In this document: positions 1 to 5,309 of the stretch, piece by piece
Layout: every line of letters begins with the position of its first letter
Position numbering within the stretch: the stretch's first letter is position 1
Virus record (IMG/VR): IMGVR_UViG_3300008227_000002
DNA from: a virus
Reading direction: 5' to 3' (one strand)
Length of the DNA stretch: 6,704 nucleotides
Translations under genes and position numbers: made by a program
Notes under the pieces: model-generated
What the model was told of the DNA's origin: nothing
Database searches by the model: none
Seen by the model: the letters and a program-made list of their open reading frames with translations, nothing else

Positions 1-123
1 GCCAAAACAAAAACAGCGGCAATTTCTGAACCGTAAAAAACAGCGTCAGAAGTTGTAATGCCTGTATATGAATTATCAAAACCTAGAGAAGTACAATCAG
101 GAGGCGTGACAGTGTAAAAATTA
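1..123. repeat. Left copy of the terminal redundancy (identical to 6582-6704)
   Basis: Base-by-base comparison of the first 123 nt with the last 123 nt shows identity. Confidence 0.95.
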
Positions 124-278
124 TCCATATTGCGTAGAGTGGAAGTTATTTGTATATCTGTTGCGTTAAGAACTTGAACGTTTGTTATTACAAAACCATC
201 ACCAATGAATAAATTAGATTGAATTGAATCGGCAACATTTTGTAGAGTGTTGTAACAGTAGGAATTATATAATTTCAT
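1..278 (-). CDS. N-terminal 92 codons of a 103-aa hypothetical tail-anchored membrane protein, a candidate minor virion protein. The ORF continues across the circular junction to a stop at 6548.
   Basis: My translation from the ATG at 278-276: MKLYNSYCYNTLQNVADSIQSNLFIGDGFVITNVQVLNATDIQITSTLRNMDNFYTVTPPDCTSLGFDNSYTGITTSDAVFYGSEIAAVFVLAFTIKVIKRVL. The C-terminus is a hydrophobic helix with a basic tail, as in coat proteins. It lies between the major coat and pIII-like genes. The RBS is weak (AGG about 11 nt upstream). Confidence 0.45.
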   Translation of the reverse strand, partial: MKLYNSYCYNTLQNVADSIQSNLFIGDGFVITNVQVLNATDIQITSTLRNMDNFYTVTPPDCTSLGFDNSYTGITTSDAVFYGSEIAAVFVL

Positions 279-289
279 ATTTTTGGCCT

Positions 290-315
290 AAAAAAAAAGG
301 GGCATAAAAGCCCCC
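290..315 (-). terminator. Rho-independent terminator after the major coat gene
   Basis: On the - strand: GGGGC-TTTTAT-GCCCC followed by T9 (stems 310-314 and 299-303, T-run 290-298). It sits about 25 nt after the coat gene stop, like the terminator after gene VIII in Ff phages. Confidence 0.75.
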
Positions 316-338
316 TTTCCATTAAATAAAAACGTAAA

Positions 339-533
339 TTAAAGAGCTTTACGGATATATTTAAAAGTAGCAGCAGCAACAATAGCAACTAATACAGCAG
401 CGCCAACAGTACCAACGTCAGCAGTTGCAGCAGTTAAAGCAGTTGTTACTTCAGTTGCTACAGCAGCAGAAGCAGAAGAGATTGAAGCAACAGAACCAGC
501 AGCAATTAAGCCTAATTTTGTAGATTTTTTCAT
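339..533 (-). CDS. Major coat protein (pVIII-like), 64-aa precursor
   Basis: Signal peptide MKKSTKLGLIAAGSVASISSASA with an A-x-A cleavage motif. The predicted 41-aa mature protein has an acidic N-terminus (E, D), a hydrophobic core GAAVLVAIVAAA and a basic C-terminus KYIRKAL. RBS AAGG upstream. Followed by a terminator. Confidence 0.9.
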   Translation of the reverse strand: MKKSTKLGLIAAGSVASISSASAAVATEVTTALTAATADVGTVGAAVLVAIVAAATFKYIRKAL

Positions 534-592
534 TTTAAGATACCTTAAATTGTTTTTTCACTTTTGAAGGCAAGTGAAATAAGCCTTTTGAA

Positions 593-859
593 TTATTTAA
601 CTACGGTCGGATGAATTGCACCGTCTTGAAAGCTAGTAAAAGGCCGATCATTAAAAACACCGTGACGAACGGGGATCATGGCGGTTTTACCTTTCATGTT
701 TTTAAACTTTTGGATAATTTCAGCAGATTGTTGAGAAAGATTAAGATTTACACGTTCTGGGTCTACCTGTTCACATACGGCACGGATGCGAAGTTCACCC
801 GTTTCTCTGTCTCTAGTTTCTGTAACGTCTAGTACTTTTAAATGTGCGTAAGTTGTCAT
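593..859 (-). CDS. Probable ssDNA-binding protein (gene V-like), 88 aa
   Basis: It lies between the replication gene and the major coat gene and is close in size to Ff gene V protein (87 aa). This is a call from synteny and size, with no recognisable signature motif. Confidence 0.55.
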   Translation of the reverse strand: MTTYAHLKVLDVTETRDRETGELRIRAVCEQVDPERVNLNLSQQSAEIIQKFKNMKGKTAMIPVRHGVFNDRPFTSFQDGAIHPTVVK

Positions 860-885
860 AATATTTTTTAATTAATTTAGTTGAG

Positions 886-1929
886 TTAAGCGGCTATTAA
901 TCCACGATCAAAAGCCCACTGGGGGATTTCAACAGGGGTTGCTTCAATAACGCGCATGAGTGGAATTACATTGTTAGATTTTTCTGGATTAGTTGGTGGC
1001 ATGGTTATATCGATTTCCAGCTCTAGTAAATTTTTTCTATGTTTATAAAAGGTTGCTTTAGGTAAAAGATCTTTTAAAGAAACCCCTTGCCTCCAAAGCT
1101 GATAAGTTGATTGTAAATGTCTAGGTAATTTTAATAATTGTTCGTCAATTAAGGTCGTTTGATTGTTCATAGTGATACGCCCCAAGTATTCGTAAAATAA
1201 TGTTATTAATTTAGATTGAGTTAAGTGTTTTCCGTGAGTTAAGCAGTTGTCTTTAAGTTCTTGAGACATTAAACGAAGTTCAGCACGAAGCTTTCCTTTT
1301 ATAAATGTTTCCAAGCCCTGATCTGCTAACTCTGGATTTAATTTATGTTTTTTGGATTTAGTTGTTATACATTCACGATATTTGTTATAGAACTTAAAAG
1401 CCCAGCGTCTACTGGATTTTTGTAAATAGACTGTTCCTTTGTCCCTGCATGATCGACCTGAACGAGTTCTCGCGTTCATTTCGGCAGCATGTAACCAGCT
1501 TTCTACAGATTCATCATTTTTAACATCAAATAAGAAATTAATATCTAACATTTTTACTAAGTATTCACCTTTCAAAATTAGTTTGTTAGTACGCTTAATT
1601 TCTAGTTCTGTGCCTGTTAAATGTTCTGAATGTTCAGTTATGATTTTTTCGAAAGCTAGAAAAAGTAAAAGATTAAGGTCAAGTGATCCAAAGATATTAT
1701 GACCTTGTATAAATTTGCTGATATTGCCATCAATTAATAATGAAGTAGCCATTCCAGTACCATCACCACCGCCCGACTTGATTTTCAATGAGGATTCATA
1801 AGAGCCGCGACAGTGAACCGTTTTTAACATTTCCCATTCTATAGAACCATCTGAATCAATCGACATGATTAAGCCAGAGGGAATAGGAACATGTTTAAAA
1901 GGAACTTCTCCACGAAACCAATCAATCAT
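886..1929 (-). CDS. Rolling-circle replication initiation protein, gene II / RstA (Phage_CRI-type) family, 347 aa
   Basis: N-terminal MIDWFRG, the motif IDGNISKFIQGHNIFGS, and TVYLQKSSRRWAFKFYNKY. I recognise all three as conserved blocks of filamentous-phage gene II/RstA proteins. The start is translationally coupled (ATGA) to the upstream ORF. Confidence 0.85.
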   Translation of the reverse strand: MIDWFRGEVPFKHVPIPSGLIMSIDSDGSIEWEMLKTVHCRGSYESSLKIKSGGGDGTGMATSLLIDGNISKFIQGHNIFGSLDLNLLLFLAFEKIITEHSEHLTGTELEIKRTNKLILKGEYLVKMLDINFLFDVKNDESVESWLHAAEMNARTRSGRSCRDKGTVYLQKSSRRWAFKFYNKYRECITTKSKKHKLNPELADQGLETFIKGKLRAELRLMSQELKDNCLTHGKHLTQSKLITLFYEYLGRITMNNQTTLIDEQLLKLPRHLQSTYQLWRQGVSLKDLLPKATFYKHRKNLLELEIDITMPPTNPEKSNNVIPLMRVIEATPVEIPQWAFDRGLIAA

Positions 1930-2189
1930 TTTAATAATGCTGGGTTAATGTGCGATTCAAAGGAAATTTCTACATGGCCAACAGAACATATAGAACGGTT
2001 TACATCTAGAAAGCGTTTTCTTTTTGGGTGGTATGTTGTTGTTATTGAATGTTCAGAACAGCCAGAACGGGGGCAGATTGATCGCGAAGTTTTTAAAACA
2101 GGTTGGGGACGTTTAAAAGCGCGTTGTCTTACATTCTTTTTTAGAACTGGAGAATAGAAAAGGATGTTTTCTGAAAGTTGAGCATTCAT
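1926..2189 (-). CDS. Hypothetical strongly basic 87-aa protein with a C-x4-C ... C-x3-H pattern
   Basis: Strong SD (GGGGGAGGG, 6 nt before the ATG at 2189). The stop TGA overlaps the rep ATG (ATGA at 1926-1929). About 15 K/R against 5 D/E. Cys39, Cys44, Cys67, His71. Confidence 0.6.
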   Translation of the reverse strand: MNAQLSENILFYSPVLKKNVRQRAFKRPQPVLKTSRSICPRSGCSEHSITTTYHPKRKRFLDVNRSICSVGHVEISFESHINPALLK

Positions 2190-2191
2190 AG

Positions 2192-2416
2192 TTAGCCCTC
2201 CCCCGCACTGGCAAATAGGGAGGACTGCGCAAGGTTGCCAGAATCTTGTAATATTTGACGAGAATTAATTAGAGAAGTATGAGCATTACTTAATTCTAAA
2301 TATAATTCTGAATTAGAGGGGACAGTTAAGAGAAGATTTAAGAGGTATTCTTCTATAGTCTGAACTCTGTTTAATGTCTCGTCAAAGGATAGTTGATTTT
2401 CAGTATTTTCTGTCAT
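2192..2416 (-). CDS. Hypothetical acidic 74-aa protein, first gene of the replication operon
   Basis: The ATG at 2416 is preceded by GGAG with an 8-nt spacer. The longer 85-aa form in the ORF track starts at a GTG (2449) with no RBS. About 10 D/E against 2 K/R. The stop is 2 nt before the next ATG. Confidence 0.6.
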   Translation of the reverse strand: MTENTENQLSFDETLNRVQTIEEYLLNLLLTVPSNSELYLELSNAHTSLINSRQILQDSGNLAQSSLFASAGEG

Positions 2417-2445
2417 GGCTTGCGCTCCACAATTAAAGAATAGGT

Positions 2446-2519
2446 ACACGGTTGTGGAATATGTAAGACCACAGTTGTGGATTATCCACAGTTGTGTACC
2501 GTTGTCAAGTGTGGAATAT
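2446..2519. promoter_or_regulatory. Operator-like repeats: three copies of the inverted-repeat 12-mer CCACA-GT-TGTGG plus a half-site
   Basis: ACACGGTTGTGG at 2446-2457, CCACAGTTGTGG at 2469-2480 and CCACAGTTGTGT at 2486-2497. The extended motif TGTGGAWTAT occurs at 2453-2462, 2476-2485 and 2510-2519. The copies overlap the start site and spacer of the - strand promoter and the spacer of the + strand promoter. Confidence 0.6.
2481..2508 (-). promoter_or_regulatory. Candidate sigma70 promoter of the replication/structural operon
   Basis: On the - strand: TTGACA (2508-2503), a 16-nt spacer, then GATAAT (2486-2481). This is about 60 nt upstream of the ORF74 start. Confidence 0.6.
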
Positions 2520-2530
2520 ATACCTAATAT
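2502..2530 (+). promoter_or_regulatory. Candidate sigma70 promoter of the repressor gene
   Basis: TTGTCA (2502-2507), a 17-nt spacer, then TAATAT (2525-2530), 34 nt upstream of the ATG at 2564. Its -35 overlaps the -35 of the divergent promoter by 5 of 6 bp. Confidence 0.6.
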
Positions 2531-2563
2531 TATTATTTAGAAAATAAATAAAGGTATTCACCA

Positions 2564-2830
2564 ATGAAACCAAGTGAATGGCTAGACAAAACAAAAGAAA
2601 AATTAAATATAGAAAGCGATTACAGACTAGCTGAAATAATAGGTGTGGGAAAAACAGCAATAAGTAATATAAGAATACGTAATAATGGAATGGACAATTA
2701 CACAGCTTGTAGAATTGCCGATATATTAGAAATAAATGAAATAAAAATAATTGCAGATATTGAAGAACAAAAAGAAAAAAAAGAAGAAAAGAGAACTTAT
2801 TGGAGAAAAAAAGAAAGAATATATTTATAA
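2564..2830 (+). CDS. Small HTH transcriptional regulator, likely the phage repressor, 88 aa
   Basis: HTH-like segment SDYRLAEIIGVGKTAISNIRIRNN, then a charged tail EEQKEKKEEKRTYWRKKERIYL. It is divergent from the rep operon, as rstR is in CTXphi. RBS AAGG 9 nt upstream. From memory it resembles small repressors of integrative filamentous phages. This needs an HMM check. Confidence 0.75.
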   Translation: MKPSEWLDKTKEKLNIESDYRLAEIIGVGKTAISNIRIRNNGMDNYTACRIADILEINEIKIIADIEEQKEKKEEKRTYWRKKERIYL

Positions 2831-2850
2831 AAAGTCTCACCAATGAGACT
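2827..2850 (-). terminator. Hairpin with a T-tract only on the - strand (intrinsic terminator facing the repressor 3' end)
   Basis: The stem AGTCTCA (2833-2839) pairs with TGAGACT (2844-2850), with loop CCAA. The - strand reads TGAGACTTTTTAT after the stem. On the + strand the stem is followed by AAAG, so it is a poor terminator for the repressor transcript. Confidence 0.45.
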
Positions 2851-2992
2851 AAAGTGCAGTACTACATACACGCACTTTACATATATTGTGATTTAAGCAG
2901 AGTTGATACGTTAGAGAAGAGCAACATCGCATAATAGCGAATATGTAAAATAACGCCCGTGTGGGAAATTCTACACGGGCATTAAGATACAT
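2849..2992 (-). CDS. Speculative 47-aa Cys-rich ORF overlapping the dif-like region
   Basis: My translation: MYLNARVEFPTRALFYIFAIMRCCSSLTYQLCLNHNICKVRVCSTAL. SD-like CTGGTGA precedes the ATG at 2992. The stop TAG (2851-2849) lies inside the - strand terminator hairpin. No promoter was identified, and an ORF of this length could be open by chance in AT-rich DNA. Confidence 0.2.
   Translation of the reverse strand: MYLNARVEFPTRALFYIFAIMRCCSSLTYQLCLNHNICKVRVCSTAL
2924..2951 (+). other. dif-like XerC/XerD site (candidate attP half 1): ACATCGCATAA-TAGCGA-ATATGTAAAAT
   Basis: It has the 11+6+11 architecture. Against E. coli dif GGTGCGCATAA-TGTATA-TTATGTTAAAT, the XerC arm matches 7/11 (the CGCATAA core is intact) and the XerD arm 9/11. 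Confidence 0.55.
2955..2980. repeat. GC-rich hairpin at the apex of the palindrome (10-bp stem, 6-nt loop)
   Basis: GCCCGTGTGG (2955-2964) pairs with CTACACGGGC (2971-2980), including one G-T wobble. The loop is GAAATT. Confidence 0.7.
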
Positions 2993-3018
2993 ATTCACCA
3001 GCTCACATTATGCGAAGT
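2991..3018 (-). other. Inverted dif-like site (candidate attP half 2), read on the - strand: ACTTCGCATAA-TGTGAG-CTGGTGAATAT
   Basis: The XerC arm has the TTCGCATAA form. The + strand ACATTATGCGAA (3005-3016) equals the last 12 nt of the TATACATTATGCGAA attP/dif core reported for Xanthomonas filamentous phages. The central region begins TGT, as in dif. The XerD arm is degenerate (4/11). Confidence 0.55.
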
Positions 3019-3415
3019 TTCAGAATAATTATTTTAACGTCCAATTTTTAGTTTATTTTAGAAAAGTAACCATTTTGAATAGATTTACTTTACGATCTAA
3101 TAGCAAACGCTACCCTCGGAAGTCTTTTATAACTTCCATAAGTAATTTTTTTAACATACAAATCCTTATTCACTTAATTAAGGATTTTAAGCAATACGAA
3201 CATTTAGAGATTAGTTCCGTAGACTATAGAGAGTTTTTTTATTCAGTTAATGGCCGAGGGTATCAGGCTACACGAACCTGTAAAGATTAATGAATTAAGC
3301 CAAAGAGAATAAATGACATGAATTAATTGAGAGTTACATAATTAATTAATATTGACAGAACCGCTACACCTGATGAGTTAGCCATTAACTTAATCAAAAA
3401 AAGAAGGTGTAGAAA

Positions 3416-3622
3416 ATGACTTTATCAGATGCAATTATGATTTATACAAACAATAGAACAGCATCAAACGCAGAACGCGCATTTAAAACAATAGCAAAAT
3501 ATACGGCAGATGAAGAAGCAAACAGTCACAACATGAACGATGTCGAAAGAAATCAAATAGAAGCAGATGTAAGAGAAGATCTTGAAAATTTATACTATAA
3601 AGCTAGAGAAAACATGCTTTAA
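3416..3622 (+). CDS. Hypothetical acidic 68-aa protein in a stand-alone cassette
   Basis: RBS AAGG 8 nt before the ATG. A strong terminator begins 6 nt after the stop. It is on the opposite strand to the phage core genes. I recognise no motif. The sequence is predicted to be largely helical and charged. Confidence 0.65.
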   Translation: MTLSDAIMIYTNNRTASNAERAFKTIAKYTADEEANSHNMNDVERNQIEADVREDLENLYYKARENML

Positions 3623-3627
3623 ATATT

Positions 3628-3654
3628 AAGAGGCTTAACAGCCTCTTTTTTTTT
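3628..3654 (+). terminator. Rho-independent terminator
   Basis: The stem AAGAGGCT (3628-3635) pairs with AGCCTCTT (3640-3647), with loop TAAC, and runs into a T-run to 3654. An A-rich stretch upstream may give weak bidirectional activity toward Zot-operon transcripts. Confidence 0.85.
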
Positions 3655-3900
3655 ATCCTCATAAAAGAGCTAGAGATTCAGAGCGTAATTATTGTAATGA
3701 TTTTATTATCAATGTTTTGATAGTAAAGATTTTTGAATACAACATAATCAATATTGAGCTAGATAGTTTAGAAAGCGTGAATATGCCAAAAGCAAAAAGA
3801 AAGTGCTTAAGAACGGCATAAGATCAAAAGAGGAATGAAACCGCCCTATTTTCTACGCCTCCTCCTAATCGTCGTCGTTATAGATAATAGAACGGTTTTT

Positions 3901-5037
3901 TTATGAGTGTATTGAATTAAGTGAATCAGGATTAAAAATTAAGTCGGGTTGTTTTCTGAGTTTAATATAAACATAGCAGACTAACTTAATACACATTCTA
4001 TCTAAACTGGTTTTTTTATAAAATTCTGTAGGAATTGAGAAAGGTGGACATTTATAGATAGTTTTGCTTAAAGTACAAGTAGGCGGGATTAAATGATACT
4101 GATCTTGAGGGATTCCGTTAGAGGCCCATTCATAAATTAATGCTTGGTTAAGCTCTTCGGGCTGAATATCAATATTAGAGTCAGGATATATAAACGGATC
4201 GGATGGAATTAAATTAGTATTGGTAGCAATATCTGTAATTTGTGTGGGTTCAGTTATTTCTATTTTGCGTTGATTGACTCTGAAACCAATTAAAACAATT
4301 ACAAGCAGTAAGACAGGAAGAGCATAAACAGCCATTGGTATTTTTTTAGTTTGCTTTGTATGTAAAGAACTAGATTCATACATACCAAAAACTTTTTTAT
4401 TGAGTTTATAGGTAGATTTAACCCCCGTTGATAATGAGTTTAAAGAATCTTGGCATTTTGGGAACTCGTACTGGTAACGACCAGACCAAGTAGACGTTAT
4501 ATGAGTGTGTTTACCAACCAAAAGCCTTACCTTTTTATCAAATAATAAGGGACTTTGAGTCATTAAAAAGAAGTCTAGACCATGATGTCTATGAGTTGTT
4601 AATAGTGCTATAGAGTCAGGTCGTGGGGAGGTATCGGCCTTGGTAGGATAGACAAAATGTACTTCATCATATATCAATAAAGCACCCTCGGGACTCCATT
4701 TATCCCAATCCTCAGCAAGTAGGTGTTTATTATATTCGGCTAATTCTTTTTCGTACCGTCTAAACTTAATTTTGTAATTGTTTAAATCAATAGCATGTTG
4801 TTTTAGTGTTAGATCATGGCAATCATAAGGAGGCTCGAGGGGTTCTACAGGTTCTACAGGTTCAATGGGGCAAACATCACAAAGCGGGCTTTTACATATA
4901 ACAAGAGTGTGGACTAACGTTAATTTGGGTATACCATGAACAAAAAGCGGCCTTCCCTCCTCTATTAGTTCCAGCATTTGAGTGAGACAAAAAGCAGATT
5001 TTCCCGAACCTGTAGAGCCTGAGATTAAATTAATCAT
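3901..5037 (-). CDS. Zot / pI-like phage assembly ATPase, 378 aa
   Basis: Walker A GSTGSGKS at residues 7-14. Walker B-like LLIYDEVH. A single TM segment IPMAVYALPVLLLVIVLIGF comes after the NTPase domain, followed by a periplasmic C-terminal domain. This topology and the position after the pVI-like gene are typical of Zot-family proteins. The start overlaps the upstream stop (ATGA). Confidence 0.9.
   Translation of the reverse strand: MINLISGSTGSGKSAFCLTQMLELIEEGRPLFVHGIPKLTLVHTLVICKSPLCDVCPIEPVEPVEPLEPPYDCHDLTLKQHAIDLNNYKIKFRRYEKELAEYNKHLLAEDWDKWSPEGALLIYDEVHFVYPTKADTSPRPDSIALLTTHRHHGLDFFLMTQSPLLFDKKVRLLVGKHTHITSTWSGRYQYEFPKCQDSLNSLSTGVKSTYKLNKKVFGMYESSSLHTKQTKKIPMAVYALPVLLLVIVLIGFRVNQRKIEITEPTQITDIATNTNLIPSDPFIYPDSNIDIQPEELNQALIYEWASNGIPQDQYHLIPPTCTLSKTIYKCPPFSIPTEFYKKTSLDRMCIKLVCYVYIKLRKQPDLIFNPDSLNSIHS
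4832..4867. repeat. Degenerate 9-bp tandem repeat (about 4 units) inside the Zot-like gene
   Basis: GGCTCGAGG, GGTTCTACA, GGTTCTACA, GGTTCAATG. The two central units are identical. On the - strand they encode PIEPVEPVEPLEPP. Confidence 0.8.
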
Positions 5038-5309
5038 CCTATTTTAGCGAGATTTGAGAGTTGAGTTAAAGAAAGCCTAGTAACAACACAACCAAGAATA
5101 ATACCCAAGCCAGTTGGAAAACCTGCAAGCGAAAAGTAACTTAAAATATCAGACGGTAGACCAGACCAAGAAAGAACAGCAGAATCTATCAAGCCATTTG
5201 TAACAAAAGCATAACCAGCGTATGAAACAAAGCCCATACCAAGAGCTGCAAGTATACGGCTTGGCAAAGAAACAGCAAGCGAACCAAAAAAAGCAAATAA
5301 ACTAGCCAT
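5034..5309 (-). CDS. pVI/Ace-like small integral membrane protein (probably DUF2523-type), 91 aa
   Basis: Multiple hydrophobic segments and the pattern ALGMGFVSYAGY ... SGLP ... GIILG ... RL, which I recall from the conserved protein encoded just upstream of zot in many inoviruses. It overlaps both neighbouring genes. Confidence 0.7.
   Translation of the reverse strand: MASLFAFFGSLAVSLPSRILAALGMGFVSYAGYAFVTNGLIDSAVLSWSGLPSDILSYFSLAGFPTGLGIILGCVVTRLSLTQLSNLAKIG

Noticed and set aside
556-579. 8-bp hairpin (TTTCACTT pairing with AAGTGAAA) between the ssb and coat genes
   Set aside because: It has no T-tract after the stem on the transcribed (-) strand, so it is not an intrinsic terminator. 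It could be an mRNA stability or processing element, but sequence alone cannot support that.
1991-2001. 11-mer TAGAACGGTTT repeated at 1991-2001 and 3888-3898
   Set aside because: Several exact 11-mer repeats are expected by chance in 6.7 kb. One copy lies inside coding sequence.
611-2157. + strand ORFs 611-832, 1439-1702 and 1891-2157
   Set aside because: Each is antisense to a better-supported - strand gene (ssb, rep, ORF87). None has an RBS. The - strand alternatives have SD sequences or translational coupling.
2417-2449. N-terminal extension (MYLFFNCGAQA) of the 85-aa ORF
   Set aside because: It starts at a GTG with no RBS and lies within or next to the operator repeats. The internal ATG at 2416 has a GGAG SD at ideal spacing.
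2505-2843. 112-aa - strand ORF (L/F-rich)
   Set aside because: It is the antisense shadow of the HTH repressor gene. Its low-complexity L/F content comes from the purine-rich repressor codons. It would also run across the promoter/operator region.
2876-2884. Third inverted copy of the XerD-arm core (TTTACATAT) that might mark a third dif-like site
   Set aside because: The flanking sequence has no XerC-arm-like CGCATAA block in the right register. It is probably just an AT-rich coincidence or an extra stem option.
2961-3290. 109-aa + strand ORF in the six-frame track
   Set aside because: It starts at a GTG inside the stem of the 2955-2980 hairpin with no RBS and has no internal Met. Its F/Y/N/I/K/R-rich composition is what translating AT-rich noncoding DNA gives. 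An ORF this long is somewhat unusual in AT-rich DNA, so it deserves a homology check, but I do not support it as a gene.
3352-3357. Consensus -35 hexamer TTGACA upstream of ORF68
   Set aside because: There is no acceptable -10 hexamer 16-18 nt downstream (GAGTTA or TGAGTT), so I did not call it a promoter.
3748-3906. Two 23-aa hydrophobic mini-ORFs that could be pVII/pIX-like: - strand 3748-3819 (MPFLSTFFLLLAYSRFLNYLAQY) and + strand 3835-3906 (MKPPYFLRLLLIVVVIDNRTVFL)
   Set aside because: The first has no usable SD. In the second the GAGGA abuts the ATG, which is too close. Their position after the assembly gene is atypical, and ORFs this short arise by chance.
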